DNA of 64,000 nt from Chrysomallon squamiferum (Eukaryota; Animalia; Mollusca), in NCBI GenBank assembly GCA_012295275.1, contig CM022679.1, positions 1,674,001-1,738,000 on the forward strand, in the 5' to 3' direction. The notes below the pieces were generated by a model. That model did no database searches. It worked only from the letters and a program-made list of their open reading frames with translations, and was not told where the DNA came from. Made by a program: the position numbers and the translations under genes. This document shows positions 42,122-55,324 of the stretch, in pieces (positions within the stretch are counted from its first letter, which is position 1; each line of letters begins with the position of its first letter).

Positions 42122-45100
42122 TCAAATTGCACCAAAGATGACTCCTTTTAGCAGTTTTGAGGGAAATTTATAGTCAACTTTACTGAGAACTTTCTTTAAC
42201 GATGTAATATTAGTAACATCTGCTTGGAGGGTGATAATCTCACAGTTATGGGCTTTTTCAAGCTTTTCTATTTCAACCACTTTTTCTCTCTGCACCATTC
42301 TTCGATTTATTGTGACGACTGCGCCAGCACCTCTTTGTGCAAGAAATCGGACAGATTCCCAGCCAAGACCTGTTAGACCACCCACTACAATGTAGATTCC
42401 ATCTGATCGAAGTAGTGATTCTTCGGATGCACGCACAGTCATCAATCTGCTGTCATTAGATAAATGCAGAACTGAACTTTCCATCATTTGTCCAAAACAA
42501 GTTTTCCTCGACTGTTCAGTGACATTTTGAAGAATCTCCGATATTTTCAGTGCAGCATTCCGATTGTTATTAATCCATGTCTTTAAAGTAGGCATGTTTT
42601 CTATGGTTGAACTATGTGTAAATATATTCCCAGTTCTAATGATGTTAATCTCCATGTCAGGTTTGTGCTTATGAAGTTCTATCGTAGCATAGCTTGGACA
42701 GACGTTGTCCAAGCAGATTACATGTTTAGCAGATTGCCATAATGTTTGTGTTTGTCCAATAATCTGTTTGTTCAGTTCAACGGTTGAAACAACGATTCTT
42801 TCTCTCTTTTCTTTCATTCGGATTTCCTCGTTAATATCAGCAACTTCAGTGTTAAAACATGATTCATCTGTCTCGAGCATTAATAAAAGAGCATTTGCTA
42901 CTTGGCGAGTGTCATCTGAGGAAAGAATGAATATTTCCTTCTCAGGGCTGCATCTTTTACAGAGTCTGGTTGTCCAACTAGAATGACTTATTTCGCGAAT
43001 TGACAAATAATGTTGCCAAAGTACCATAAGTTTTATTAAGATACCCGGTGTATAAGAGGGTATGTGCTTTGTGTGAATAACACACTTTTCTGGGACTTTT
43101 GTAAATGTACTAACTGTGGATGGATAAAGAAATGCCACTTCTTTATTTGCATCATTTACTGCGGATAATTCTCCAGAGGCCTCGAGAGTGATTACATCTG
43201 AAGTATATGTTGATGAATCATCTCTTGGAAGGAACAGAGGAAACAGAGATGAGCTGTGTTGCACGACTTTGGTAACGTATACCGTGGTATCCCCAGCATG
43301 TGAACTTTGTCTTTCTTGATCATCAAAGCGGAGATAGGCTTTTAAAATGTCTTCATTTTCCACGCATAAATTTGCTTTGCAAACTTTGTCTGTCTGATTA
43401 TTTCGATATAATGGCGTGTCTTCATTTGGAGCTATCTGCTGAGACCAGATAGTGTTTTCCTCAACAACAAATTCATTCGGACATTTAGTAATGTCTTGTG
43501 TTAGAATATTATTTACAGCAGCATCCATTAGTATCTGAAACGAACTTTCTTCATTTGCATGGATGTCTAGAATGACAGCTTTATCATATATTTTTTCTCT
43601 CATTACCGTTCTAAACAAACCCCAAAATGAAGTTGCCGCAATGTTCAAATCAGTCTTTCTCTTTGTAACAGACATTGCATTTTCAGTTACGATGAAAAGA
43701 GGAATGTTTGTATTTTTCATGTTGCTCATGTGCAACATGAGTTGTTTCAGTTTCATTGTGAGTTTGGTAATTAGTTGAAGGAATGAGCCGCTTGTTAGAT
43801 CATCTGAAGTTTGTAGTGGACACAAGAAAATTATGGCAGAAGCCGAATCTAAACATGCTGATTTGGTCTGAAGTGTGTTCAGAAAATCAGTTTCTAAATT
43901 GCCTGTGTCTAGATATTCTGAGTAGAGGTGGTTAGATAATTTTTTCTTTTGATTTTTGTCACTGACAATAACCCATTTTCGTTTTGAATTAGTTTGGACA
44001 TCTGTTGTTTTGACTATTGCAGTAGGAATCCACTCCATTTCATAAAGTAGTTCCTGTCCCTTTGAACCCAGAGCTTTTGTAATAAATCTGCCTATTTCTG
44101 CCACAACACTTCCATCAGGAGAAAGCAGCTTTATGTGAAATTGCTTGAAGATGTTGTTTTTTTGGATAATTTTTGTATACACTAGCATTCTGTCTTCAAC
44201 ACGTTTCCTGATCCTGAGGCCTTCTATTTGAACTGGGAGTGACTTCTGTTTCTCTGCATCTTTCTGGTGAAAGGCGCTTGTAGTCTGAAGCATTGCATCC
44301 AAAACTGCAGGATGTATTGTCGTTTCTTTCATTTCCTGTTTGATATCGGAATTCAAAATCAAGTTTGACAAGACTTCTGTGTCATTTCTATCCGACACTT
44401 CTAATAGCTGTAGTACATTTCCAAATGTCATTCCAATAACATGGAGGTTTTCATAGATACCTTGTTTTGTTAGACACTCTGTGCATCTCCGTTTCACATT
44501 TTGAATATCTACTGTAATGTCTGGATAAAGTCCTCTTTTCTCAATTGTTCCTTCTACAAATTTATTACCCTTTTTCTCCACTACAAATTTGATGGCTTCT
44601 TCAGAGACACTTTTATAAACTTCAAGTTCTTCAGTGCGTCCTGTCTGAAGAATCACAGGATGTTTGAATTTGACAGAGACGCTGGTTGTTTCAGTTTCTT
44701 TGAAATGATGTTTTGCAATAGCAAAGCCTGCTTCTGCGTAAAGAGCCCCAGGAATGAGAATTCTTCCTGAAAATCTGTGTTCGTAAACACTGGGAATTGA
44801 CTTGGGTGAGACTATTATCTTGTGTTCCTGACTGCAGTCAATAGTCTTCAGAAAAGGATGTAAATTATTATTAGGTTCCATGCCCATCAGTTCCTGTCTT
44901 TTCTCTTCCGATATATGAAGACATTTATTTCTACAGAAAGTGTATTTGGGTGAAGCAGTGTTTTTCTGTGGTTTGTCATACAGGTTTTGCCAGTTAAGAC
45001 TGAATCCATGTTCATGGAGTTTGCCAATGCTTTCCATAAAGCAAATAAGTTCTGCATTTCTTTTCATCGAAGGAACAGACACAACATTTTCATCGGTAAA

Positions 45101-47151
45101 CAAATCGGCAATGTTATTACCTAACACTGGTTTTGGTCCTATTTCGACAAATATATTGAACTTGTCCTTCTGTGTAGCATTTACAACAGCTTTGCCAAAC
45201 AAAACTGGATTTCGAATGTTTTTGCCCCAGTAATCTGGCGTTGAAAAGTCATTTTCATTTGCTTTTTCTCCACTAACGGTAGATATAATTTCTGTTATTG
45301 GCTTACATCCATGCATACCAGACAACGCTTCAAGGATTTTATTCTTTGAATCTTCTGTGTGATGACTATGGAAAGCAGTGTTTAGTCTTAAGGTCTGAGA
45401 ACTGATTCTGTCTTGAATATCTGGAGAAGACAATAGATCTCTTTCAATCTTTTCAACAACATCTGTATCTCCACTGATTACACAAGATTTTGGACTATAA
45501 AACAATGCAATATTTGCTCTGCCGTTATATTTGGGCAAGATCTTTTCAACATTTGATGCCAGATAGTTGCGTATTAACAACATTTTGCCTGCGCCAATAT
45601 TTGCCAGAACTGAAGTTCGGTAAAATATGATTTTCACTGCCTCTTCTAATGACCAAATGCCTGCAGCGTGTGAAGCTGCTACCTCGCCAATACTCTGACC
45701 TAAAACTGAATCTGGTTTGATTCCTAGGTGTTTCCAAAGTGCAGCGAGCGCCACCTGACATGCAAAAATGGAGATGGGACCAAACATCGGGTCAGTGACA
45801 TCGAAGTTCTCAAGAAGTTTTTCATAGAGTGACCAGGCTACATACGTTTTCAGATATTTATCAATTTCTTGAATTTTTTCTTTAAATACTTGAAATTCAG
45901 TCATCAGTTCCTTGCACATACCCTGCCAAGCTATACCCATCCCTCCAAACACAAAAATCAGTTTCTTACGTGGACGAAAACTTTCTGCGGCGTGAGCTGA
46001 CTTTAGTTTACCAACTAGTTCATCCAAAGAACTGGCAGTCACACTCCTCCGTGTCTGAAAGTGATCACGTCTCACTGTTGATGTGTATGAAATGCTTTTG
46101 ATATCTGTTTCTGTGTGTGTCTCACAGAATTTTATGAATTCCTGTATGCTATCTTGAAGTGCATTTTCATCTTGGCCAGAAAAACAAAACAACAATGGAA
46201 CTTTTGAGTTTGTTTCTTTCTTATTTTCTCGGATTTCAGTGTGGGTAGAAATAACAGCATGACAGTTAGTACCACCGAAAGCAAAGGAATTGACACAAGC
46301 AACTTTATTTTCTTTATCCCAGTTGGTAAGCTTGGTTGGTATTTCAAAATGGAATTTGTGAAAGTCAATTCTTGGATTTTGTTCTCCTGTTAAAAGTGAT
46401 TCAACAATCTTGTTATTCTTCATCATAAGCAAAACCTTGATCATTCCAGCAATACCAGCAGCAGATTCCAGATGACCAATGTTTGTTTTCACTGATCCTA
46501 TGTATCTTATTTTCTCATCAGCTTTCTCGAGAAAAAAACGACCCAAACTGTTCACTTCTACAGGATCTCCAGCTACTGTTCCAGTTCCTGAAAGGTACAT
46601 TATTTGTTTAATTCTTAGCTGATATTTGGAATCAAATGCTCCAGATAACAAATAATAACGGAATACACTAAATACGTTTTATATTTTTGATAAATAATAT
46701 AATATTTATTTATTTATTATTTATTTATTTTATACGGATGTTTAATTGGTGGTATTCCTTTCAAGACAATTTTTTGAGATTGTATTTGATTACCGTGGGC
46801 TTCAATGTAGTCTATTCGTTTAGCATCAATTCCTGCCTCTTCGTAAACTGTTTTCAGAAGCTGATATTGTTGTTCACCAGAAGGTGCAGTCATTGGACTG
46901 GTTGCCCGACCATCTTGATTTGTTCCTGTTACAATTGTTGCCCAGATGTTATCTCCATCTCTACGTGCCTGTTGGATTAATAAAGTAAATTAATTTGTAT
47001 TTATTTATTTATTTATTTTAAGAATTACAAAGCGAAATGGAAGGTGTAAGGACCATAATTTGTGAAACTGTGGCTTATTATTTTTTGTTTTCTTTCTTCT
47101 TGCATTTCTTCTTCTTCTTCTTCTTCGTCTTCTTCTTCTTCTTCTTATAAT

Positions 47152-47240
<89 letters not shown>

Positions 47241-49130
47241 TCTGAAAAGACAGAATTAAAAGAGAAAAAGTGAGTTTATAAATCTTACATCAGATGACTT
47301 TTTAAGCAGCACAATTCCACATCCTTCTCCTCTGGCATATCCATCAGCATTTGCTGAGAATGCCTGGCATTGTCCGGTTCGTGAAACCATTCTTGCTTTG
47401 CTCAGTTGTATAAAGATGGAGGGTGTCAACAACGAATTTACTCCTCCACATATTGCCATGTTACATTCGCCTGAAGCAAATACAGAGAATATGATTTTTT
47501 ATCTAGACAAAAATACTTATAGACGACTTTTGATTTGTTTAAGAGAAAATGCTATAAAATTGTATGTTAAAATAATCTGATATTTTTTAAAGTCCGTTTT
47601 ATTGAGACGAATAAAGAATACTTAATGAAGAGTAACGAACCTGACTTAAGTGATTGACACCCGAGATGGACAGCCACTAACGATGAAGAACACGCTGTGT
47701 TCAGTGAGAGACATGGTCCACGTAGATCAAAAGTGTAACTAATACGCGCTGACATGATGCTGGTGGAACCGCCTGTTACACTGTAGTGATTCATATCATT
47801 TCTGGATGTCAGTCTGCTGTAGTCATCATTCATTACGCCTAAATCATCAGAAACTTGATATTTTACCAATTTCAATGCAGAAGTAACTAAAGCATTCAGT
47901 AAATATTTGTTTTCATAATTTAAATTTTGTTTTTTCATATATGATATTGGGTATTTACATGTGAAAATTTTTTTGTGTTTGTTTTCTTCGTAGAATCCTA
48001 TCTCAAGAATAAATTTATGAATAAATAATAAAAAGGAAACAGAAAATGAAATAAAAGTGAATTTTAGTTTTCTTATTAAGATACAGTTGGTTTAGTACCA
48101 ATGAACACTCCAGTCTTTGATCTCTGTATACTTTTCTTTGTCAATCCACCGTCTTGTAAAGCCATAAACACACACTCAAGTATGTATTTTTGTTGTGGAT
48201 CCATTCTTTGCGCCTCCTTTTCGTTGATTTCAAATAATTTGTAATCAAATTCATCAAAACTGTAATATACAATACATTGACATTATCATGTAGCAAAACT
48301 AGATCACATGCTGAAGATAGAAAAATATGTAACATCTGTAATATATTTTATATCCCGTTTTAAATGCAGTTGTTGATCAAATGAACAAAAACAAAATTAA
48401 ACTGCATGCTTCAAAGTGACATTAATATTTGTAACTGCCTTTTTGTAACCACAAATGTTTATTACTAAAATATGAAAAAAAAAAAATATATAAAAGAGGT
48501 GTATTAAGTTTTTAACTCTTTCCTCTTTTACTGCAGAAATTCTGAGACAAGTTAAACAGCAAGTTTATTAATATATCTTGCTTTTCATCTTATTATACTG
48601 TAATTATATGTAGTTTATTATATCAGTTTGTCACGAAGGCCATGATATAACGAATTTATCGGTCAAAGTGCAAAATACCGTCCTTCAAAGGTTTTCTTAA
48701 TTATTTCATTCTAATGCTTTATTATTAACAACTACTGAAGCCAACAAAACTATATTAGTTAATTCAAGTAATAGGCTAAAAGTTATACTTTTACATATAT
48801 GCAGTTCAGACTAAAACGTTTTAGTACTCATTTTCTTCCGTACAAAAAACATATTATTAATTGCTGTATTTATTATATTTATCAAACAGAAGGAAAGAAA
48901 ACTAAACGGAAATGTTACTTTGATAGAAATCCTGCTTTTCTAGGGTACATCTTTCCAGGCGCATCTGCATCTTCGTCGTAGTACGCTTCTAGATTCCAGC
49001 GTTCAGATGGAATTTCAGTAACATGATTTTCTCCTTTTACTAAAATCTGCCAGAACTCATCGATGTTGTTTGCACCAGGAAAACGACATCCTACACCTAC
49101 AATGGCTATTCCTCCACTTTCTCCTTCCAT
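42122..49130 (-). CDS. Iterative type I polyketide synthase (KS-AT-DH-psiKR-degenerate ER-KR...), >=1797 aa, 3' end truncated at the gap
   Basis: Phase-consistent exons: 49130-48919, 48259-48099, 47838-47641, 47470-47289, 46968-46794, 46587-42122 (5394 nt). KS motifs: IAIVGVGCRFPG, MDPQQ, NTACSSS, GYARGEG, EAHGTGT, KTNIGHLESAAG. AT motifs: GQSIG, AFHS. DH motifs: HRFSGRILIP, HPAVLDAMLQ. psiKR motif: FWGLFRTVMRE. KR motif: YIVVGGLTGLG. The stop lies only a few nt from the gap and is probably artefactual. Confidence 0.93.
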
Positions 49131-49418
49131 CGCTGAAAATCACAAGTACGTAAATAAATAACCAGTAAATTAAACTAATGAATTATTAACGTTCAGTTTC
49201 ATAACATCTTTCACTAATAATGTTGGTAAACATTTTCTTAAGTCCATTTGAATTAACATTAGCAACACGTATTCATATAACTGCTTATTAACTATAACAT
49301 AATATGTTCACAGCTAACAAATGTTTCTTACATAATTAAAAAAAATACTCTATCAAGAATATCTTTAAATCTGCATTATTATTATTGTTATTGTTATTAT
49401 TATTGTTGTTCTTCTTGC

Positions 49419-49459
<41 letters not shown>

Positions 49460-50703
49460 CATCATCATCATCAGTAGTAGTAGTAGTAGTAGCAGTAGTA
49501 GTATTTGTCGTGGTAATATTAAGAAACTGGACTAAAGATTTCTCATTATTATTGGAAATTGGAAAACTTAGCCCATTTGTAAGCTCATTAAAATGTATAC
49601 ATGTTTGTACGAAAGAATTGTCTAAAATTATTGTTTATACTGTCAAAATATTATTTTTATTATTCTGAGTAATCTGTTATTATTACTAACAAAGTAAGAC
49701 AATAAATTAGAACATTTACAAAACATTTGAAAGTCGCCACTTTGGACTAAGAAACAGAGTAAGACCTGTACAGGTGTTCTCTGTTTCCAGTGAAGATTTT
49801 AAATTTTATTCATTTGTTGTTGTACCTGCTTGATAGTTAAATAATAAAACATAACATGGGAGTACTCGCAATATATTTAGACTGTTTCTTTGAATCACAA
49901 AGTAAACTTTAAGTGAATGTGTGTGTGTTCTTTTCAGAGTTGGGGTTTATTATTGTAACACTGGATCAAATAGCGAAAACAGAACCACATGGGTTTTATT
50001 GTTTTCTCATTATTCGTATTAAAATGTTATTTTCTTTACAGAAACCTGCGGTTACATTTTATGTTATTATGAAACACTTTTACTAAATTTTAATTATGAA
50101 CAATGCCGATACATTTTTATTAGTTATATTTTTAATTTTATTGTTTGATTTATCAAGAAATGTTTATTCGTCATAGTAATTGTGATAATAATGCATATGA
50201 TTCAAAAACCTTTTCTCACAATAAGCTGAACTTTAATTGTACTGTATTTATTTATTTTTCTTATTTATTTATTTTTTTTTTTTTTTTTATTTTCATTGTT
50301 TTTTGTTTTTTTTTTTTTTTTTTTTTTTTATTAATTATTATTATTGGATTTTTCTTGTGTACTGATAACGTAAGATTCTTATTTTAAGCATATTAAATAC
50401 AACTTTAAACAAAAGAACCACTATTTATTTTATAAATTTCATATATTATTAGCTGTATATAAACGTAATAAATAAATAAAATAAAAATAAAATAAGTACA
50501 TCTAAGAAAGAAAGAACGAATAACCAAACATTTAACTTTAACCCAGTAACTGACATCATTACAATTTTGTTTATTTTACAGAAACTACTATACATTACAT
50601 TAAACCAAGGATTTATCTATAAAACATGGAAATTCAGAAACTGATCTTCTATGAAAATTATGAAGCTTAAACTTCGTGGCCCCAGATACATCTTTAGTCC
50701 AAT

Positions 50704-50800
50704 CAGTGGCGTGCAGAGGTCTGGTGATGCCCGGGGCCAACTCCTTCATTGTATGCCCCAAAGATTCAAGTATAAGGCCTAGTACTGAGAAATATTATGA
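50704..50800 (+). mobile_element. Possible non-autonomous DNA transposon end (hAT-like CAGTGGCG terminus)
   Basis: An abrupt GC-rich start, CAGTGGCGTGCAGAGG...TGCCCGGGGC...TGCCCC, in an AT-rich context. The opposite terminus was not found. Confidence 0.3.
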
Positions 50801-51019
50801 GAAAGGAAGGTATTTTGAATATATAAACACAGATGAAACATAAAATAAACATTTATTCGTTATAAATATAAATCAACCAAGTTCTTTTCTCTGATTGGAT
50901 GCGGAAGAAAACCCCCAAAACAAAGAAATAATAATAATAATTAATAAATAATAATATTAAAATAATAGAGAATAAAGTCTGATAGTTTATACAGATTATT
51001 CGTAATAACTAATAATCCC

Positions 51020-52100
51020 ATTTAATGCCAGGAAAATACAGCTAGTTGCGTGGTTAGCGGTAAATGGCTGGAGTGGGGCACAGTGGCCAAAGGGAATTAA
51101 CTCTAGTTGACTGGCCTATACAATACAAGGTCAACGAAATAAATCACATAGCTTTACGATAGGAGCAGCAACATAAGCTGCAGCTATAGGGGTAAGAGAG
51201 GATACAATTAAACAGTGGGGCAGGTGGAGATCGGGGGCCTACAGTAGGTATATTCAGCTGCCACAAGAAATCTAAATTATTTATGTCATATTTAAATAGT
51301 TAAATTGCTTATTGTAAGGAAGCATGAACTGTGGAAAACCTAGGTTTGTGGCAGGCAGATATCGGGGTAAAATTGTTTGGTAACAGGCGAATACGGTGGC
51401 TACAGCTAGATTGTTTTATTTGAGATAAATTGAAACACCAGTCCCTGTCTAGTGCTGTCAATTTACAGCTGGGAATGAATGACAGGGTGACAACAAAAAA
51501 CAAAGTTCTAATTCAAAACATCACTAGCTCGGTCCTGCGACTGAGAGCGCTCCTCTCCTCTCTGAGTACCATCTAATGATCATACTGCCTCGCCTCCACT
51601 GGCAAACACCCAAAAGAGGTCGTTGCAGAGGGAGAAGTAGTCACTGGGCACCCCGCAGTGAGAGTGGGAGGTTTTGAGACAGCTACAGAGCTACGGTTTA
51701 TCTGGCCAAGGGTTAGGTTCCACCTACAGAACTGAAAGGGTACAGGTTATTATCGGACTCGAAAGAGAGTTGTTCGGCCCACCTACTAATTTGCCGAGGG
51801 GGCAGGTTAAGTTTTTTTAGGAATCCTCGATTTCGGGGCCGAAGACTAGTTACGTCCACCTTTGAATTTTGTAGAGGCAATTAATTAGGGCAGTTAGAAA
51901 TTGGGAACCCACTCTCTGATTAAAAGAGCAGGACGAATACAAGCAGTCAACGATCTATGGCAGGCTGGAACTGACGAGCCACATATTTTATCACGAGGGC
52001 AGTCAGTATCTGTCCAGGGAGTCCTGGGTTATTAGTTTTAGTTAGCTGCGGCCAGGGTTTATTCAAATAATAAAAGAGTTTGGGAGTCTTCTTGTAGATG
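51020..52100 (+). mobile_element. Degraded DIRS/Ngaro-type tyrosine-recombinase retroelement fragment
   Basis: 51144-51275 translates as SHSFTIGAAT*AAAIGVREDTIKQWGRWRSGAYSRYI, the YR C-terminal HSxRIGAAT...GRW.S.AY..YI motif. Downstream, VNLQLGMND (about 51457-51483) resembles an SGNH hydrolase GxND block. The segment is a GC-richer island. Boundaries are approximate. Confidence 0.75.
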
Positions 52101-52463
52101 TAAATAATCATATACACAGTTGTGTAAATAAATAGAAAAATGTTAACTGTAAATTAATATATGTATATAATGTTATCATTTGCGGTGTTGTTTTATCTGC
52201 GAATGAGCAAAGGTTTGAAAATGCTATGCTAAGGAGTCATTCACGGTTACATACAACTGTAGTAACTCGGCGTTTTTCGGATAACGTCTGATATATAAAA
52301 TGTTTATTAAACGTGAGACGACGATTATCGGCTTTCCAAAGTTAAATAAATTTAACGAATAATTTTAGAAAAAACTGATATTTATTATGATTTAAAATAA
52401 TTAACATTTTTCAAACCTAATTTTCTATTTTGTTTAGGATACTTCAAACACACAAAAAGTGAA

Positions 52464-52513
<50 letters not shown>

Positions 52514-53048
52514 GTAATAAATAAATAATAATAAAAAAAAATAAATAATAAAAAAAAAAATAAAGGAAGAAAAAGAAAACATTCGATCATAGTGAATTTT
52601 TAAAATGATATAAGAAATACTATTATTGTGAAACCAATATATAAATTGTTTCCTCTAAATATTACTTAAATTTACAACAACGCAACACAAACGAACTCAA
52701 CAAATGAGCAAATGTTAAGTATAAAATAATGTTCAGTCAAATGGTTACAGGAAATCATTGCTGATCACATATTGTCTGAGGATAAACTCCCTTACATGAG
52801 ACAGTTCACTGACAGAGGTATGTATTACTTTGAAAAAAAATAAAAATAAAAATAAGAAAATATATCGATGCTTTATACAAATTGTTTCTAAACAAAAAAT
52901 AGTAATTTAAAAAAAGATATAAAGGAAGAAGATACAAATAAATCCAAGAAATATAATGACTCACAACTTATTAACTGTATTGAATTAATTTTTTAATTTA
53001 TAGTAGTGAAGATAATTTAGATACACCATGGATAATAATAGAAAATGA

Positions 53049-53181
53049 ACTTACTCAAAACGATTTAATTTCCATTTTAAGTTAGAGAATATCATAACCG
53101 CACACCAAACACACAGTTATCCGTCGTATTTTATACAGCTGTCTTGAGATATCGGACCATTCAATTCTCTTTCCTCATTGG
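53049..53181 (-). promoter_or_regulatory. Candidate PKS core promoter and non-coding first exon
   Basis: On the minus strand: CCAAT at 53181-53177, TATAAAA at 53135-53129, a short exon to 53055 and a consensus GTAAGT donor at 53054-53049. The PKS ATG is preceded 2 nt upstream by an acceptor (ttttcag|cgATG, AG at 49134-49133), which implies an upstream exon. Confidence 0.5.
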
Positions 53182-53959
53182 TTTAAACTGAGATCCACAG
53201 TTCCGGTTGAAAACCAGCTTTTTTTCTTTCTTTTTGGCAGCTGTTCATTCGAGCGTAATTTTTATCCTGCTCTTTATTCAAATGCACATTGGAAATTAAT
53301 TTCAATTTTTTTTTGTTTATATAATATGTTAGGCTCGCATTATTCGAATGAACTTTAGAAATTAATTTAAGATACCTGTAGTGTAGATAAAATTTTAGGA
53401 AAGTAGTACTGTGAATATTTTGTTATCCGTGCAAAATGTGACCATGTTAACACAAACATAGTATGCCGGATATTTATAACGTTGGTGGTAATTTTACTTT
53501 AGGATCATCTGTTAATATTTAAGTATGGATTGTGCTGTGAATGGAAAGAGTAAAAATACACTTACATAATAGCCTACACATATAACTGTCAATGAACCAA
53601 GTGATTAAAATATATCTGTCTTGATCACTGTGGTCAGATATTTCTCATCAGTGATATTAACAGTGTTGCCAGATGTTGCCAAAATAAGACACAGATAGTA
53701 TTTTGCTTTTTTCACATTTTTCCAATATTTTAAATTTTATATTTAATAAGCATTTTGTCCACCTTGGTGTACATAATGTTGATAATTAAAAGAAGAATAG
53801 AAAACTAAAAAATATGTAATACCTTACGGACTTCATATATATATATATATATATATATAGATAGATAGATGGATGGATGGATGGATGGATGGATGGATGG
53901 AATACGAGAATCCTGTACTAAAAGCATTTGCCTTCCTGTATAAACTAATAAATGAAATC

Positions 53960-54470
53960 GGAAATAACCGCATAAAGATGATCATTTGCATTGCAATTCG
54001 TTAGAATAAATAATCTAATACCAAAGCAGGTCAGTTTTATAACTGATAATAATTCGAGCATAATAATAACAACAAAACCCATTATTTTGCAAATATCAAG
54101 AAAAAAAAAAAAAAAAAAGGAACCAAAAAACAACAAAAAAAGGATATATGAATCAGTGAGTAATAACTTTCACTGCCGTCTAAAGTAAATCGAAAATAAC
54201 CTTCTAAATTGAACAGAAAATAACAGCATAAAAAATAAATATGATCATCTGGATTACAATTCATTAAAATAATTAGTCTACGAACCAATGACACATGCTC
54301 AGTCAGTCTTTGTGTTGCTAATTTGAAACTGAATACCAAAGAGTGTCATTTTTATAACTGACAATATTTCGAGCATGGTAAGAACAATAACAAAACCCGT
54401 TATTTTGCAAATGTCGAAAAAAAAATGGATATATAAATCAGTCAGTGATAACTTTCATTGCTGATTAAAA
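53960..54470. repeat. Diverged ~270-bp tandem duplication
   Basis: The series atgatcat...ttttataactga...ttcgagcat...acaaaaccc.ttattttgcaaat...ggatatat.aatcagt.agt.ataactttca occurs twice in succession. Confidence 0.7.
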
Positions 54471-54545
54471 TAAAAAGTTTGAGAGTTAATGGTTTAGTGA
54501 GTAAAAAATTGCTTAAAAACAGATTGTTATGTAAATATGTACTAA

Positions 54546-54589
<44 letters not shown>

Positions 54590-54686
54590 TATTAATAACA
54601 AATTGTTTATTTAATAATAGTAACAATAAATGAGTGCAAACCACTGGAGGTGAAGCTGTTAGCTATTTCTCTCTTTCAGGTGTGTG

Positions 54687-54791
<105 letters not shown>

Positions 54792-55256
54792 TAATAATAA
54801 TAATAATAATAGTAATAAAGATTTAAAAAACGTGTACATGTAAATTAACACATATAAATCATATATTGAATTATGTTAGGGAGTGAATATATTTGATGCG
54901 AGTGAGAGAGTATTCTTGCCATTTATCAGTTTGTTAAACATCACCACAATGTTAATAGCATTCAGTTCATAAATGTCTCCTCATAACTTTGATTTAAATA
55001 CCTTTTATCAAACTTAAGAGAAGTTATGTATCATACGAATGTGCATGTAAAATCGAAAATTAAAGAAAAGAACAACAAATGAAATAAAACAAATGAAACA
55101 AATGAAATAAAATAAACAAAAGAAAGAAATAAAGAAAGAAATAGTGAATAAATAAATGACAGAAATAAAAATTAATTTTATGCTGAATTCCTGAAATGAC
55201 ATTAAGGTATTTTATTATTATTATTATTATCATCTCATCATCATCATCAACAACAA

Positions 55257-55324
<68 letters not shown>

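Noticed and set aside
42122-46651. Bacterial contamination or recent horizontal transfer of the PKS
   Set aside because: The KS is split by five GT-AG introns with host-type microsatellites, and base composition is host-like. The ORF-track start at 46651 is intronic.
38799-49130. Protease array plus PKS as one functional biosynthetic cluster
   Set aside because: They are separated by a fixed-size scaffold gap of unknown true length, and there is no biochemical link. No tailoring enzymes or transporters were seen.
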